Counted from the first letter of the stretch, positions 16,992 to 26,376 are shown. The stretch: 32,000 nt of DNA from an uncultured Bacilli bacterium (GCA_910580185.1 CAJTWC010000002.1:126888-158887), one strand, 5' to 3'. Notes: a model not told the origin generated them from the letters alone. Numbers and translations: made by a program.

Positions 16992-17465
16992 ATGATGAAA
17001 AAGTTTGGAATGTTGTTTTTAGGATTAGTTGCTGTTGTTTTGGTTACAGGGTGTGGTGCTACTAAAGAAACAAATCAAAAGTTAGTATGTACAAGTACGC
17101 AAAACCAAGAAGGAATGAATTTTGAACAAGTAATTTCTATGTCATTTAAAAATGATAAGTTAAATTACATGACAATGGATGTTAAGACTAAAATTACTGA
17201 TGATGCAGTAAAAGAAAATTGGACTGCCTTTGTAGAAACAATGGATGAGCAAAATAAAGAATCTGATAAAGATGGTGTTAGTTTAAAGGTAACTAAAGAT
17301 GATCAAAATTATGAATATAAAGTAACTTTAGATATTGATGTAGAAAATGCTACTAAAGAGGCATTGGAAGCCCATGATTTTGGTGATTTAAAGGATGATA
17401 GTAGTACCTTAGAAGATAATAAAAAATCTGCTGAAAAAGATGGATTTACTTGTGTGGTTAAATAA
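16992..17465 (+). CDS. Lipoprotein, unknown function
   Basis: Signal peptide with lipobox MMKKFGMLFLGLVAVVLVTGC followed by an acidic mature domain. RBS GAAGGTGAG. Confidence 0.8.
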   Translation: MMKKFGMLFLGLVAVVLVTGCGATKETNQKLVCTSTQNQEGMNFEQVISMSFKNDKLNYMTMDVKTKITDDAVKENWTAFVETMDEQNKESDKDGVSLKVTKDDQNYEYKVTLDIDVENATKEALEAHDFGDLKDDSSTLEDNKKSAEKDGFTCVVK

Positions 17466-17490
17466 AAAGTCTAACTTAGACTTTTTATTT
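17465..17490. terminator. Bidirectional terminator between convergent genes
   Basis: AAAAGTCTA / TAGACTTTT stem, loop ACT, with an A-run upstream and a T-run downstream. Confidence 0.75.
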
Positions 17491-17751
17491 TTGTTTAGTA
17501 TTCATAAGTGATTCTAGGTATTCTAGTTGTTCATCATTAAGAAAAGCAGCGTTTAACTGTTTTCCACTAGGTAAATATATTATAGGATTCTGTCTTTCAA
17601 ATACTAATTTGCCCATTAATAAGTTATATTGTCTGTTATGTTCTAAATTGATTAAAGCCATTCTATCTTTTAATTTTTTTATTTCTTTTTCGTAGGAATT
17701 TATCAAAGTGTTAAATTCATTTTTAATATATTCTTCTTCATCTTTTCTCAT
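17485..17751 (-). CDS. Hypothetical 88-aa protein (predicted helical)
   Basis: The only sizeable minus-strand ORF not embedded in a + gene, and a terminator follows it. No SD is visible upstream of the ATG (possibly leaderless), which lowers confidence. Confidence 0.45.
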   Translation of the reverse strand: MRKDEEEYIKNEFNTLINSYEKEIKKLKDRMALINLEHNRQYNLLMGKLVFERQNPIIYLPSGKQLNAAFLNDEQLEYLESLMNTKQK

Positions 17752-17996
17752 GTTTATATTATTAGATAAAAAATAGAATATTATGCGTTTAATTTTATAA
17801 TAGCACGCTTTATTGTTTTATTATAAAATAAGTGTTAGAATAGGTTAATAAGGCTTAATTAGTATTATTTAGTGCTGGTATATAAATTTGTGGCCGAAAT
17901 GTGTATTTTATGTGTATCGACACGTGTCAGCCAAATTGTTAATTTTTGAGAATACGAATTTTTTAGGCTGATAGTAGTCATAGTAAGGAGGAAATT

Positions 17997-19949
17997 ATGT
18001 TTGATTTAGTATCAAAATTTAAGCCATCAGGTGATCAACCAGAGGCTATAAAAGAGCTTTCTGATGGAATTAAAAATGGCAAGAAATATCAAGTTTTACT
18101 AGGGGCTACGGGCACTGGAAAGACTTTTACAATTGCTAACGTAATCAAAGAAGTTAATAAACCAACACTAGTACTTGCACATAACAAAACGCTTGCAGGT
18201 CAGTTGTATTCTGAGTTAAAGGAAATCTTTCCAAATAATCAGGTTTGCTATTTTGTTTCTTATTATGATTATTATCAACCAGAAGCTTACGTTCCATCTA
18301 GTGATACATATATAGAAAAAGACTCTTCAATAAATGATGAGATAGATGAGTTAAGACATTATGCTACATCATCACTTATAAATGCTAAGGACGTAATAGT
18401 AGTAGCATCAGTTTCATGTATATATGGTATTGGTGATAAAGAAGAGTATGAAAATCACATGCTTACTTTAAAAGTTGGCCAAGAAATAGACAGAAACGAA
18501 GTTTTGTCTAAACTAGTTGATATGATGTACGAAAGAAATAACATTGATTTAGTACGTGGTACCTTTAGAGCTAAAGGCGATGTTATCGAAGTTATTCCAG
18601 TTTATGAAAAAAGTCACGGAATTAGAATTGAACTATTTGGTGATGAAATAGATAGAATATCTGAGTTTGATGTATTAACAGGAGTAGTTGTTAGTGATAA
18701 AAAGTTTATATCAATAATGCCAGCTTCTCACTTCGTAACAAGTGAAGAAAAATTAAAGAAAGCGATTGTTAATATAAGAGAAGAATTAGATGATAGATTA
18801 AAATATTTTAAAGAAAATGGTAAATTATTAGAGGCTGAACGCCTGGAACAGAGGTGCAAGTATGACTTAGAAATGCTTGCAGAAACAGGTTTTTGCTCAG
18901 GAGTAGAAAATTACTCAAGACATCTTGCTTTAAAACAAGAAGGAGAAACACCAACTTGTTTATTAGACTTCTTTCCTGATGACTTTTTAATGGTAATAGA
19001 TGAATCTCATGTTACGCTTCCGCAGGTTAAAGCAATGTATAATGGAGACAGAGCAAGAAAACGGATGCTTGTTGATTATGGGTTTAGACTTCCTTCTGCA
19101 CTAGATAATAGGCCACTTAAGTATGAAGAGTTTGAAGAAAAAATAAATCAAATAATATATGTATCTGCAACGCCCGGAGATGAGGAATTACAAAAAGTTA
19201 ATAACGAGGTGGTAGAGCAAATAATAAGACCAACAGGACTCCTTGATCCAGTAATAGAGGTAAGAAAATCTAATAATCAAATTGATGATTTAATAGAAGA
19301 AATACAAAAACAAATTGATAAAGGCGATAGAACTCTTGTTACAACACTTACAATTCGTATGGCCGAAGAGCTTACTTCTTACTTAAAAAATTTAAACATA
19401 AAGGTTGCTTACCTTCATAGTGAAGTAAAGACATTAGAAAGACTTAAGATAATACATGATTTAAGGGAAGGTAAGTATGACGTTTTAGTTGGTATAAACC
19501 TTTTAAGAGAAGGACTAGATATTCCAGAAGTTAGCTTAGTTGCAATACTTGATGCTGATAAACAAGGATTTTTAAGAAGCCATCGTAGTCTTATTCAAAC
19601 AATTGGTAGGTGTGCAAGAAACGCTGGTGGTAGAGTAATTATGTATGGTGATATTATAAGTGATGCAATGAAAACCGCGATAGATGAAACGGCAAGACGT
19701 CGTGCTATCCAAATTAAATATAATGAAGATCATGGTATAGTTCCACAAACAATTAAGAAGAAGATAATGGACGTAGTAAGCGTAAGTGATGATTCATCTA
19801 AAGATAAAAAGCATCATAAACGTGAGGAAATCCATAATGATAAGTTAATTAAGCAATTAGAAGAAGAAATGAGGAAGGCTGCTAAAGACCTAGACTTCGA
19901 ACGTGCTATGGAACTTCGCGATATTATATTTGAGATGAAAGTTAATTAA
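17997..19949 (+). CDS. uvrB: Excinuclease ABC subunit B
   Basis: Walker [10 protein letters not shown], beta-hairpin region [14 protein letters not shown] box (VIDESHVT), helicase motif [11 protein letters not shown], and C-terminal UVR domain ([16 protein letters not shown]). Confidence 0.98.
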   Translation: MFDLVSKFKPSGDQPEAIKELSDGIKNGKKYQVLLGATGTGKTFTIANVIKEVNKPTLVLAHNKTLAGQLYSELKEIFPNNQVCYFVSYYDYYQPEAYVPSSDTYIEKDSSINDEIDELRHYATSSLINAKDVIVVASVSCIYGIGDKEEYENHMLTLKVGQEIDRNEVLSKLVDMMYERNNIDLVRGTFRAKGDVIEVIPVYEKSHGIRIELFGDEIDRISEFDVLTGVVVSDKKFISIMPASHFVTSEEKLKKAIVNIREELDDRLKYFKENGKLLEAERLEQRCKYDLEMLAETGFCSGVENYSRHLALKQEGETPTCLLDFFPDDFLMVIDESHVTLPQVKAMYNGDRARKRMLVDYGFRLPSALDNRPLKYEEFEEKINQIIYVSATPGDEELQKVNNEVVEQIIRPTGLLDPVIEVRKSNNQIDDLIEEIQKQIDKGDRTLVTTLTIRMAEELTSYLKNLNIKVAYLHSEVKTLERLKIIHDLREGKYDVLVGINLLREGLDIPEVSLVAILDADKQGFLRSHRSLIQTIGRCARNAGGRVIMYGDIISDAMKTAIDETARRRAIQIKYNEDHGIVPQTIKKKIMDVVSVSDDSSKDKKHHKREEIHNDKLIKQLEEEMRKAAKDLDFERAMELRDIIFEMKVN

Positions 19950-20118
19950 AAAATGTAATTTTACTAAAACGATTTAAAAATAGGAAAAATAATACAAAAA
20001 AGGAAATTTTGCTTAGCAATTTTTCTTTTTTTGTACTATAAAAATTACAAAAATGTTATTTTAGTGATTTGCATGCAATTTAAATAAATGCTACTATGCA
20101 AACGAAAGGAGCATTTAC

Positions 20119-20946
20119 ATGACAAATTTAACAAAATATAATGAAAGCATTTTCGAAAGTATTAAACATATTGATGAATATGGTAATGAATACTGGAAGG
20201 CAAGAGAACTTCAAAAAGTGTTAGAATATAAAGAATGGAGAAAGTTTGAAGGGGTAATTGAAAAAGCAAAACAATCTTGTGATAACAGTGGGTTTACACA
20301 AAGTTTCCATTTTGTCGAGGCCGACAAAATGTCAAGTATAGGTAAAGGTAGTAAAAGAAAGACAGTTGATTATAAGCTATCAAGATATGCTTGCTATCTT
20401 ATTGTACAAAATGGAGATCCTAGAAAAGAAGTAATCGCACTTGGCCAAACCTATTTTGCAGTGCAAACAAGAAAACAAGAGTTAACTGAATTAGAATATG
20501 AAAACTTAAGTGAGGATGAAAAAAGATTATACCAAAGAAGTAGGGTTAGAAAAGGAAACTATACTTTAAATATTACAGCTAGGAAAGCAGGAGTTAAAAG
20601 CTTTGATAAGTTTCATAATGCAGGTTATAAAGGATTATATAATGGAGAAACAGCTGATGATATTGCTAAAAGAAAAAATTTAAGATATAGAGAAGAAATT
20701 TTAGATAATATGGGAAGTGATGAGTTAGCAGCTAATCTCTTTAGAATATCTTTAGCTAACCAAAAATTAAATAATGAAAAAATAAAAGGTGAAAAGAACT
20801 CTTGTGATGCTCACTTTGAAGTTGGAAAGGCAGTAAGGGATACAATTGATAAAGTTGGTGGAACATTACCGGAAAGTTTACCTACTCCAGAAAAATCGAT
20901 AAAAGAGTTAGTAAAAGAAGAAAAAACTAAATTAATAGAAAAATAA
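20119..20946 (+). CDS. dinD: DNA damage-inducible protein D family
   Basis: 275 aa. WKARELQKVLEYKEWRKFEGVIEKAKQSC, LSRYACYLIVQNGDPRKEVIALGQTYFAVQTRKQE, DKFHNAGYKGLYNGETADDIAKRK and GGTLPESLPTPEKSIKEL match my memory of DinD-family proteins in Firmicutes and E. coli DinD. Confidence 0.8.
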   Translation: MTNLTKYNESIFESIKHIDEYGNEYWKARELQKVLEYKEWRKFEGVIEKAKQSCDNSGFTQSFHFVEADKMSSIGKGSKRKTVDYKLSRYACYLIVQNGDPRKEVIALGQTYFAVQTRKQELTELEYENLSEDEKRLYQRSRVRKGNYTLNITARKAGVKSFDKFHNAGYKGLYNGETADDIAKRKNLRYREEILDNMGSDELAANLFRISLANQKLNNEKIKGEKNSCDAHFEVGKAVRDTIDKVGGTLPESLPTPEKSIKELVKEEKTKLIEK

Positions 20947-20979
20947 TAAGAAAAAATAAAATTAGAAAGGAAAATTGTT

Positions 20980-21267
20980 ATGAATGAAATTAAAGAATAT
21001 AATAAAAGCATTTTTGAAAGCATTAAACATAGCGATGAAAATGGGATTGAATATTGGGAGGCTAGAGAGCTTTAAAAAGTGTTAAAATATAAAGATTGGA
21101 GAAAAATTGAAGGAGTAATAAATAAATCAAAACAATCTTGTAGTGTAAGTAATATTAATGTATTTGACCATTTTGTCGGCGCCGACAAAATGGTTAAAAC
21201 AGGTGATTTTATAAGAAGGATGATTAATATAATAAAAAATGATATTAGAGATTTATATATTCTATAA
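20980..21267 (+). pseudogene. Tandem dinD paralogue remnant (N-terminal ~60 aa, in-frame TAA, divergent truncated tail)
   Basis: MNEIKEYNKSIFESIKHSDENGIEYWEAREL, then TAA (21073), then KVLKYKDWRKIEGVINKSKQSC...HFVGADKMVKTG. This parallels dinD residues 1-70, and the stop replaces the Q of ELQKVL. Similarity is lost after about 21200, with a stop at 21267. Confidence 0.75.
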
Positions 21268-21333
21268 AATGATAGATTATAGATGGAAAGCAAATAATAA
21301 GTGTTATAATGATTCATAGATGGAGGTAAAAAA

Positions 21334-21882
21334 ATGAAGTTATATCATATTGATAGATTTGGAACCATAAATGAAGGACAAACTCTTAATTTGCAAAAAA
21401 AACTATATTTTGATAAAAAAGAACAAAACCAATGTTTAAATATGATACTTCCATATTATAAGGGAGAAGTTTCACATCATGGGATTCATTATTTGTTAAA
21501 TAATGAATTGGCCATTAATAATGTTATGTCACTGAGTTGTGTAATGGATATTGTATTTGAATATGAAAGAATGTTAAATTACAAAGATAAATTATCTCGT
21601 TATCAGTCATTTTTTGCTTTTGATAGTACAGGAGTTAAAGAATTTATAAAAGAAAATAATTTATCTGAAAACTTTTATAAAATATATGAAGTTAGTTCTG
21701 ATTATTATGAAAAATTTAATATGCGTTTAATATCTGGAACTGCGCATTTTAATATTGCTGCAATGGCAAAACTTTATTGGGAAAATGGTAAAGATCCATA
21801 TAATAGACCTGTTCTAAACGAATATTTATTAAAATTCCCAGTTAGGGTTATAAAAGAAGTTAAATTAAATGAAATTAATTAA
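21334..21882 (+). CDS. Hypothetical protein, 182 aa, unknown function
   Basis: GGAGG RBS at 21322-21326. Soluble. Motifs YHIDR, EYERMLNYKDKLSRYQSFFAF and IYEVSSDYYEKFNM. I vaguely recall a Firmicute DUF family with an SR..s.fa plus YEV pattern but cannot verify it. Confidence 0.7.
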   Translation: MKLYHIDRFGTINEGQTLNLQKKLYFDKKEQNQCLNMILPYYKGEVSHHGIHYLLNNELAINNVMSLSCVMDIVFEYERMLNYKDKLSRYQSFFAFDSTGVKEFIKENNLSENFYKIYEVSSDYYEKFNMRLISGTAHFNIAAMAKLYWENGKDPYNRPVLNEYLLKFPVRVIKEVKLNEIN

Positions 21883-22157
21883 AATTTAGATGTTATGAAA
21901 GGTACCATACCGTAAAGAATATATAAAATTTTAAATAGTGATAGACAAACTTACTGTAAAATTAATTTATAAAATGGTTAAAACTAGAGTTTGTATATAA
22001 AAGATATGTATTATAAAATATCAGGAATTAATTGTTTTTGTCTATATATCATTGGCTTGTTTACTTCAACAAACCAATGACTATAGGTTATTATATTTTT
22101 AGTTGATATTAATAATGACGTTTATTATGACCTGAATAAGTGTTAGATGTCAAATGG

Positions 22158-22190
22158 AAAAATGGTTATAATTTACATAACCATTTTTTA
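22158..22190 (+). terminator. Orphan intrinsic terminator in the uvrA upstream region
   Basis: Perfect 12-bp stem AAAAATGGTTAT / ATAACCATTTTT, loop AATTTAC, then T-rich sequence. No gene ends here. Confidence 0.55.
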
Positions 22191-22306
22191 AATTGTATGT
22201 TAAAATAGATATCAATAAATGCCAATATATAGTACAATTGTTCATGTTTTGGTTGAAATAATTTATATTTATGGTAGAATTGATATTAGTAAAGGTGTGA
22301 TTTATT

Positions 22307-25120
22307 ATGGATAAAATAATAGTAAAAGGTGCTAGAGAAAATAATTTAAAGAACGTTGATATAGAAATACCAAAAGATAAGTTAACGGTAATGACGGGTG
22401 TATCAGGTAGTGGTAAGTCAAGTTTAGCTTTTGATACTATATATGCAGAAGGGCAAAGAAGATATGTTGAAAGTTTATCTGCATATGCAAGACAATTTTT
22501 AGGTGGTACTTCAAAACCAGACGTAGACTCGATAGAAGGCCTTTCTCCATCTATTTCGATAGATCAGAAAACAACTAACAATAACCCAAGGTCAACGGTT
22601 GGAACTGTAACTGAAATATATGATTATTTTAGACTTTTATTTGCAAGAATTGGTGTACCATATTGTCCTAATCATAATATTCCAATATCTAGTCAATCTA
22701 TTGAAGAGATGACTACCCAGATAATGAATGAAGAAGATGGAACTAAATTAATTATTATGTCACCAGTAGCGTATGGTGAAAAAGGTACTTTTAAAGATTT
22801 ACTTGAAACCCTAAGAAAAGATGGTTATGTAAGAGTTAAAATAGATGATGAAACAAGGGATTTAAGTGAAGAAATTGTTTTAGATAAAAATAAAAAACAT
22901 AACATATTGGTTGTTATAGATAGAATAGTAAAAAAAGATGAGTCAAGAAGTAGAATATATGAAGCGATAGAACTAGCTTGTAAATTATCTAAAGGAAAAG
23001 CCATTGTAGAAATACCTGGTAGGGAAGAAATTGTAATGAGTGAGTCTTTTGCGTGCCCTCATTGTGATTTTTCGCTAGAGGAACTAGAACCTAGGATGTT
23101 TAGTTTTAACGCTCCTTATGGATCATGCCCAGATTGTAAGGGATTAGGTTTTAAACAAAAGATAAGTGAGCAGCTAATAATTCCAGATAAAGAAAAAACT
23201 CTTGCAAGAGGAGGTATTGAACCACTTGCAGGGATGGATGACCAAAACATTTATATCAAAAAGTTAGAAATCGTTTGTGATAAATTTAACATCGATATGA
23301 ATAAAAAGATGAAAGATTTCACTAAAAAAGAATTAGATATTATTCTAAGAGGGACGAAAGAGCCTATCGAGTTTAAGTTTAAAACTAGAAGCGGTAACGA
23401 AATGAATAGCTTTGAACCTTATGAAGGTATATTAAACAACTTAGAAAGAAGATATTTTGAAACTAATAGTGAATTTATTAGAGAGTGGCTTGGAAAATAC
23501 ATGGTAGAACTTACTTGCCCTACTTGTAATGGTAAGAGACTTAAACAAAGTGTTTTATCAGTTCTAATAAACAAGAAAAACATAATTGATTTAACCGATA
23601 TGAACATTGATAAGTTATACGACTTCTTTGATAAATTAAAACTAAGTAAAGAAAAAGAAGAAATAGCAAGGCTTCTTATAAAAGAGATAAAATCTAGATT
23701 AGAATTTTTACATAACGTTGGATTAGGATATCTTACTTTATCTCGTAGTGCTGGAACTTTATCAGGTGGGGAAGCACAAAGAATAAGACTTGCAACCCAA
23801 ATAGGATCACAGTTAACTGGCGTATTATACGTACTTGATGAACCAAGTATTGGGCTTCACCAAAGGGATAACCAAAGACTAATTGACTCTTTACTAAAGA
23901 TGAGAGATTTAGGCAATACTTTAGTTGTAGTAGAACACGATACTGATACCATGCTTCAAGCTGATTACCTAGTAGACGTAGGGCCAGGAGCGGGAGATCA
24001 TGGTGGAGAGATAGTAGCATGTGGAACGCCCGAAGAAGTTATGCAAAATACCAATAGTTTAACAGGGGATTATCTAAGTGGTAGAAAAGAAATAGGTGTT
24101 CCTAAAAAACGTAGAAAAGGTAATGGTAACTTTATTGAAATTAAAGGAGCTAAGGAAAATAATCTTAAAAACATTAACGTTAAGTTTCCTTTAGGTAAGT
24201 TAGTTTTAGTAACAGGTGTATCTGGTTCTGGTAAAAGTAGTTTAATAAATCAAATATTATACAAAGCTTTAGCACTAAACGTATATGGTTCTAAAGTTAT
24301 TCCAGGTAAACATAGAAGCATAAAAGGATTAGAAAATGTAGATAAAGTAATAGATATAACGCAAGATCCAATCGGAAGAACACCTCGTAGTAATCCAGCT
24401 ACTTATGTTGGTGTATTTGATGATATAAGAGATGTTTTTGCAAATACTAAGGAAGCTAAAATAAGAGGTTATGAAAAAGGTAGATTCTCATTTAACGTAA
24501 AAGGCGGAAGATGCGAAGCCTGCTGGGGAGACGGCGTTAAGAAGATTTCAATGAACTTCTTACCAGACGTATATGTTCCTTGTGAGGTGTGTGGTGGAAC
24601 AAGATTTAACAAGGAAACCCTAGAAGTTAAATATAAGGGTAAAACCATTTATGATGTTTTACAAATGCGCGTAGAAGAAGCTTTAGAATTCTTTGAAAAC
24701 CATCCTAAGATAAAAAGAAAATTACAAGTATTAATGGACGTTGGATTAGGTTATATAAAGCTTGGCCAAAGTGCACCAACATTATCAGGTGGTGAAGCAT
24801 CACGTGTAAAACTTGCTAAAGAACTACAAAAGAAACCAACTGGTAAAAGTGTGTTTATATTAGATGAACCAACTACTGGTCTTCATAGTCATGATATTAA
24901 AAGATTACTTGTAATACTAAACAGAATAGTTGATAATGGAGATACCGTAATCGTAATCGAACACAACCTTGACGTTATAAAAGTTGCAGACCACATAATC
25001 GACCTTGGACCAGAAGGTGGAGATGGTGGTGGAACCATAGTTTGTGAGGGAACACCAGAAAAAGTAGCTAAATGCTCTGAATCATATACGGGTCAATATT
25101 TAAAAAAAATATTAAAATAA
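22307..25120 (+). CDS. uvrA: Excinuclease ABC subunit A
   Basis: 937 aa with two ABC modules (GVSGSGKSS twice; LSGGEAQR and LSGGEASR signatures) and zinc-finger cysteines (CPHCDF...CPDCKG; CEACWGDG...CEVCGG). Confidence 0.98.
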   Translation: MDKIIVKGARENNLKNVDIEIPKDKLTVMTGVSGSGKSSLAFDTIYAEGQRRYVESLSAYARQFLGGTSKPDVDSIEGLSPSISIDQKTTNNNPRSTVGTVTEIYDYFRLLFARIGVPYCPNHNIPISSQSIEEMTTQIMNEEDGTKLIIMSPVAYGEKGTFKDLLETLRKDGYVRVKIDDETRDLSEEIVLDKNKKHNILVVIDRIVKKDESRSRIYEAIELACKLSKGKAIVEIPGREEIVMSESFACPHCDFSLEELEPRMFSFNAPYGSCPDCKGLGFKQKISEQLIIPDKEKTLARGGIEPLAGMDDQNIYIKKLEIVCDKFNIDMNKKMKDFTKKELDIILRGTKEPIEFKFKTRSGNEMNSFEPYEGILNNLERRYFETNSEFIREWLGKYMVELTCPTCNGKRLKQSVLSVLINKKNIIDLTDMNIDKLYDFFDKLKLSKEKEEIARLLIKEIKSRLEFLHNVGLGYLTLSRSAGTLSGGEAQRIRLATQIGSQLTGVLYVLDEPSIGLHQRDNQRLIDSLLKMRDLGNTLVVVEHDTDTMLQADYLVDVGPGAGDHGGEIVACGTPEEVMQNTNSLTGDYLSGRKEIGVPKKRRKGNGNFIEIKGAKENNLKNINVKFPLGKLVLVTGVSGSGKSSLINQILYKALALNVYGSKVIPGKHRSIKGLENVDKVIDITQDPIGRTPRSNPATYVGVFDDIRDVFANTKEAKIRGYEKGRFSFNVKGGRCEACWGDGVKKISMNFLPDVYVPCEVCGGTRFNKETLEVKYKGKTIYDVLQMRVEEALEFFENHPKIKRKLQVLMDVGLGYIKLGQSAPTLSGGEASRVKLAKELQKKPTGKSVFILDEPTTGLHSHDIKRLLVILNRIVDNGDTVIVIEHNLDVIKVADHIIDLGPEGGDGGGTIVCEGTPEKVAKCSESYTGQYLKKILK

Positions 25121-25157
25121 CAAAAAAATTAGGGGAATTTTTAAAGTAACGTCTAAT

Positions 25158-25197
25158 AATAAAGTAGAGATAAAGATAATCTTTACTTTATTTTTTT
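25158..25197 (+). terminator. Intrinsic terminator after uvrA
   Basis: AATAAAGTA / TACTTTATT stem with an inner AGAT/ATCT extension, followed by a T-run. Confidence 0.65.
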
Positions 25198-25275
25198 ATG
25201 AGTTTTTAATTATTTTAACCTTAACTTTTATGGCTTTAAAAATGATAAAATATTTAAGAAAGGAGTTGTTATCTT

Positions 25276-25695
25276 ATGATTGAACCTGTAAGTATTTTAT
25301 GGTCTAAAACTAAAAAGAATGTGGAAAATATAATATCTAAGTATGTTTACTATAGTTTATCAGTTGATAACAACTCTACTTCTGATATATCTGATTCCTT
25401 TATATTAGAAAAAATACAATATGATCAAAAATTTAGTTCATATCTTAAACTTAGTACTGATGAAATAAAAAAACGTATAGATTTTATTAACTATGTTAGA
25501 ATTTCTTTTAATAAGCTAACAACCGAGGAAAGAAAAATAATATATTGGACATATCTTGATAAAGAAAATAATTATGATGATAGATATATTGCTAATAACC
25601 TTGGTTTTTCTCTTGGATACTATTACATAAAGAAGAAAGAAACACTTATTAGACTTGCATATTCCTTAGGAGTTGAAGAAACAAATGATAAATAA
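25276..25695 (+). CDS. Small sigma-70 region-4-like / ArpU-family-like transcriptional regulator (tentative)
   Basis: 139 aa. The C-terminal TTEERKIIYWTYLDKE...DDRYIANNLGFSLGYYYIKKKETLIRLAYSLGV resembles the ArpU-family phage late-regulator HTH, as I recall it. Confidence 0.5.
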   Translation: MIEPVSILWSKTKKNVENIISKYVYYSLSVDNNSTSDISDSFILEKIQYDQKFSSYLKLSTDEIKKRIDFINYVRISFNKLTTEERKIIYWTYLDKENNYDDRYIANNLGFSLGYYYIKKKETLIRLAYSLGVEETNDK

Positions 25696-25855
25696 AATAA
25701 GAAAAATTTATCCTGGTTTTTTAATATTTATAAAAAAGGGTAAAAACCTGTATGATGTTAATAATAATCTAATTTTAGATGATGCCTTAAAACATAATAA
25801 TTATATTATAATTATTGATGACTTTTACGAAGTTCATAAAAAAATAAGACCTTAA
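25673..25855 (+). CDS. Hypothetical small protein (56-60 aa)
   Basis: Overlaps the end of the preceding gene. The start is either TTG 25673 or ATG 25685. A terminator hairpin (AAGACCTT...AAGGTCTTTTTT, about 25846-25873) straddles its stop. Confidence 0.35.
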   Translation: MKKQMINKIRKIYPGFLIFIKKGKNLYDVNNNLILDDALKHNNYIIIIDDFYEVHKKIRP

Positions 25856-25937
25856 CATAAAAGGTCTTTTTTCGATAAAAATAGTTAAAATAAAACATTT
25901 GCTATGTGTTATAATGTTTTTATATGAGGTGGTAAAT

Positions 25938-26375
25938 ATGAAAGTAATAATAGTTAATGATAAAAAAAAGAAAGATAGCAAAGAAATAGAATATAGACTT
26001 AATTTATTTGTAGAATGGCTTATATATATGGTTTGTTATGCAATAGTATTATTATTAGCATCTAATTTGTTTAGATCATTATACGTAGAAAACTTTTTAT
26101 ATGGTTTTTTAGCTGCAATAATTATTTACATATTAAATAAAACAATTAAACCTATTTTAGTTACAATATCACTTCCTCTTATAGGAATGTCATTAGGATT
26201 ATTCTATTTTGTTATAAATGTTATTATTTTGCTAATCGTAAACTTAATACTTGGTAAACATTTTTATATGACTGGTATTTTATCTCCAATTATAGTTGCA
26301 ATCTTTATAAGTGTTTCAAATGTATTGTTAGATAATTTAATAATAAAACCAATTATAGAAAGGTGCAAAAAATAA
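25938..26375 (+). CDS. YvlD/DUF360-type membrane protein (phage holin family 4-like)
   Basis: Four TM helices. ATG 25938 after GAGGTGG. The track start 25899 is unlikely. It sits upstream of lgt, consistent with the Bacillus yvl/lgt neighbourhood. Confidence 0.7.
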   Translation: MKVIIVNDKKKKDSKEIEYRLNLFVEWLIYMVCYAIVLLLASNLFRSLYVENFLYGFLAAIIIYILNKTIKPILVTISLPLIGMSLGLFYFVINVIILLIVNLILGKHFYMTGILSPIIVAIFISVSNVLLDNLIIKPIIERCKK

Positions 26376-26376
26376 T

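Noticed and set aside
17949-17962. AGAATACGAATTTT upstream of uvrB as a LexA (Cheo) box
   Set aside because: Only about 5 of the 8 core positions of GAAC-N4-GTTC match, and both half-sites are imperfect. This is too weak to call.
21072-21317. Minus-strand ORF 21072..21317 and plus-strand ORF 21079..21267 as independent genes
   Set aside because: The plus ORF is simply the post-stop continuation of the dinD remnant that begins at 20980. The minus ORF is its low-complexity antisense.
23419-24020. Minus-strand ORFs inside uvrA
   Set aside because: They are antisense to a highly conserved gene and have no translation signals.
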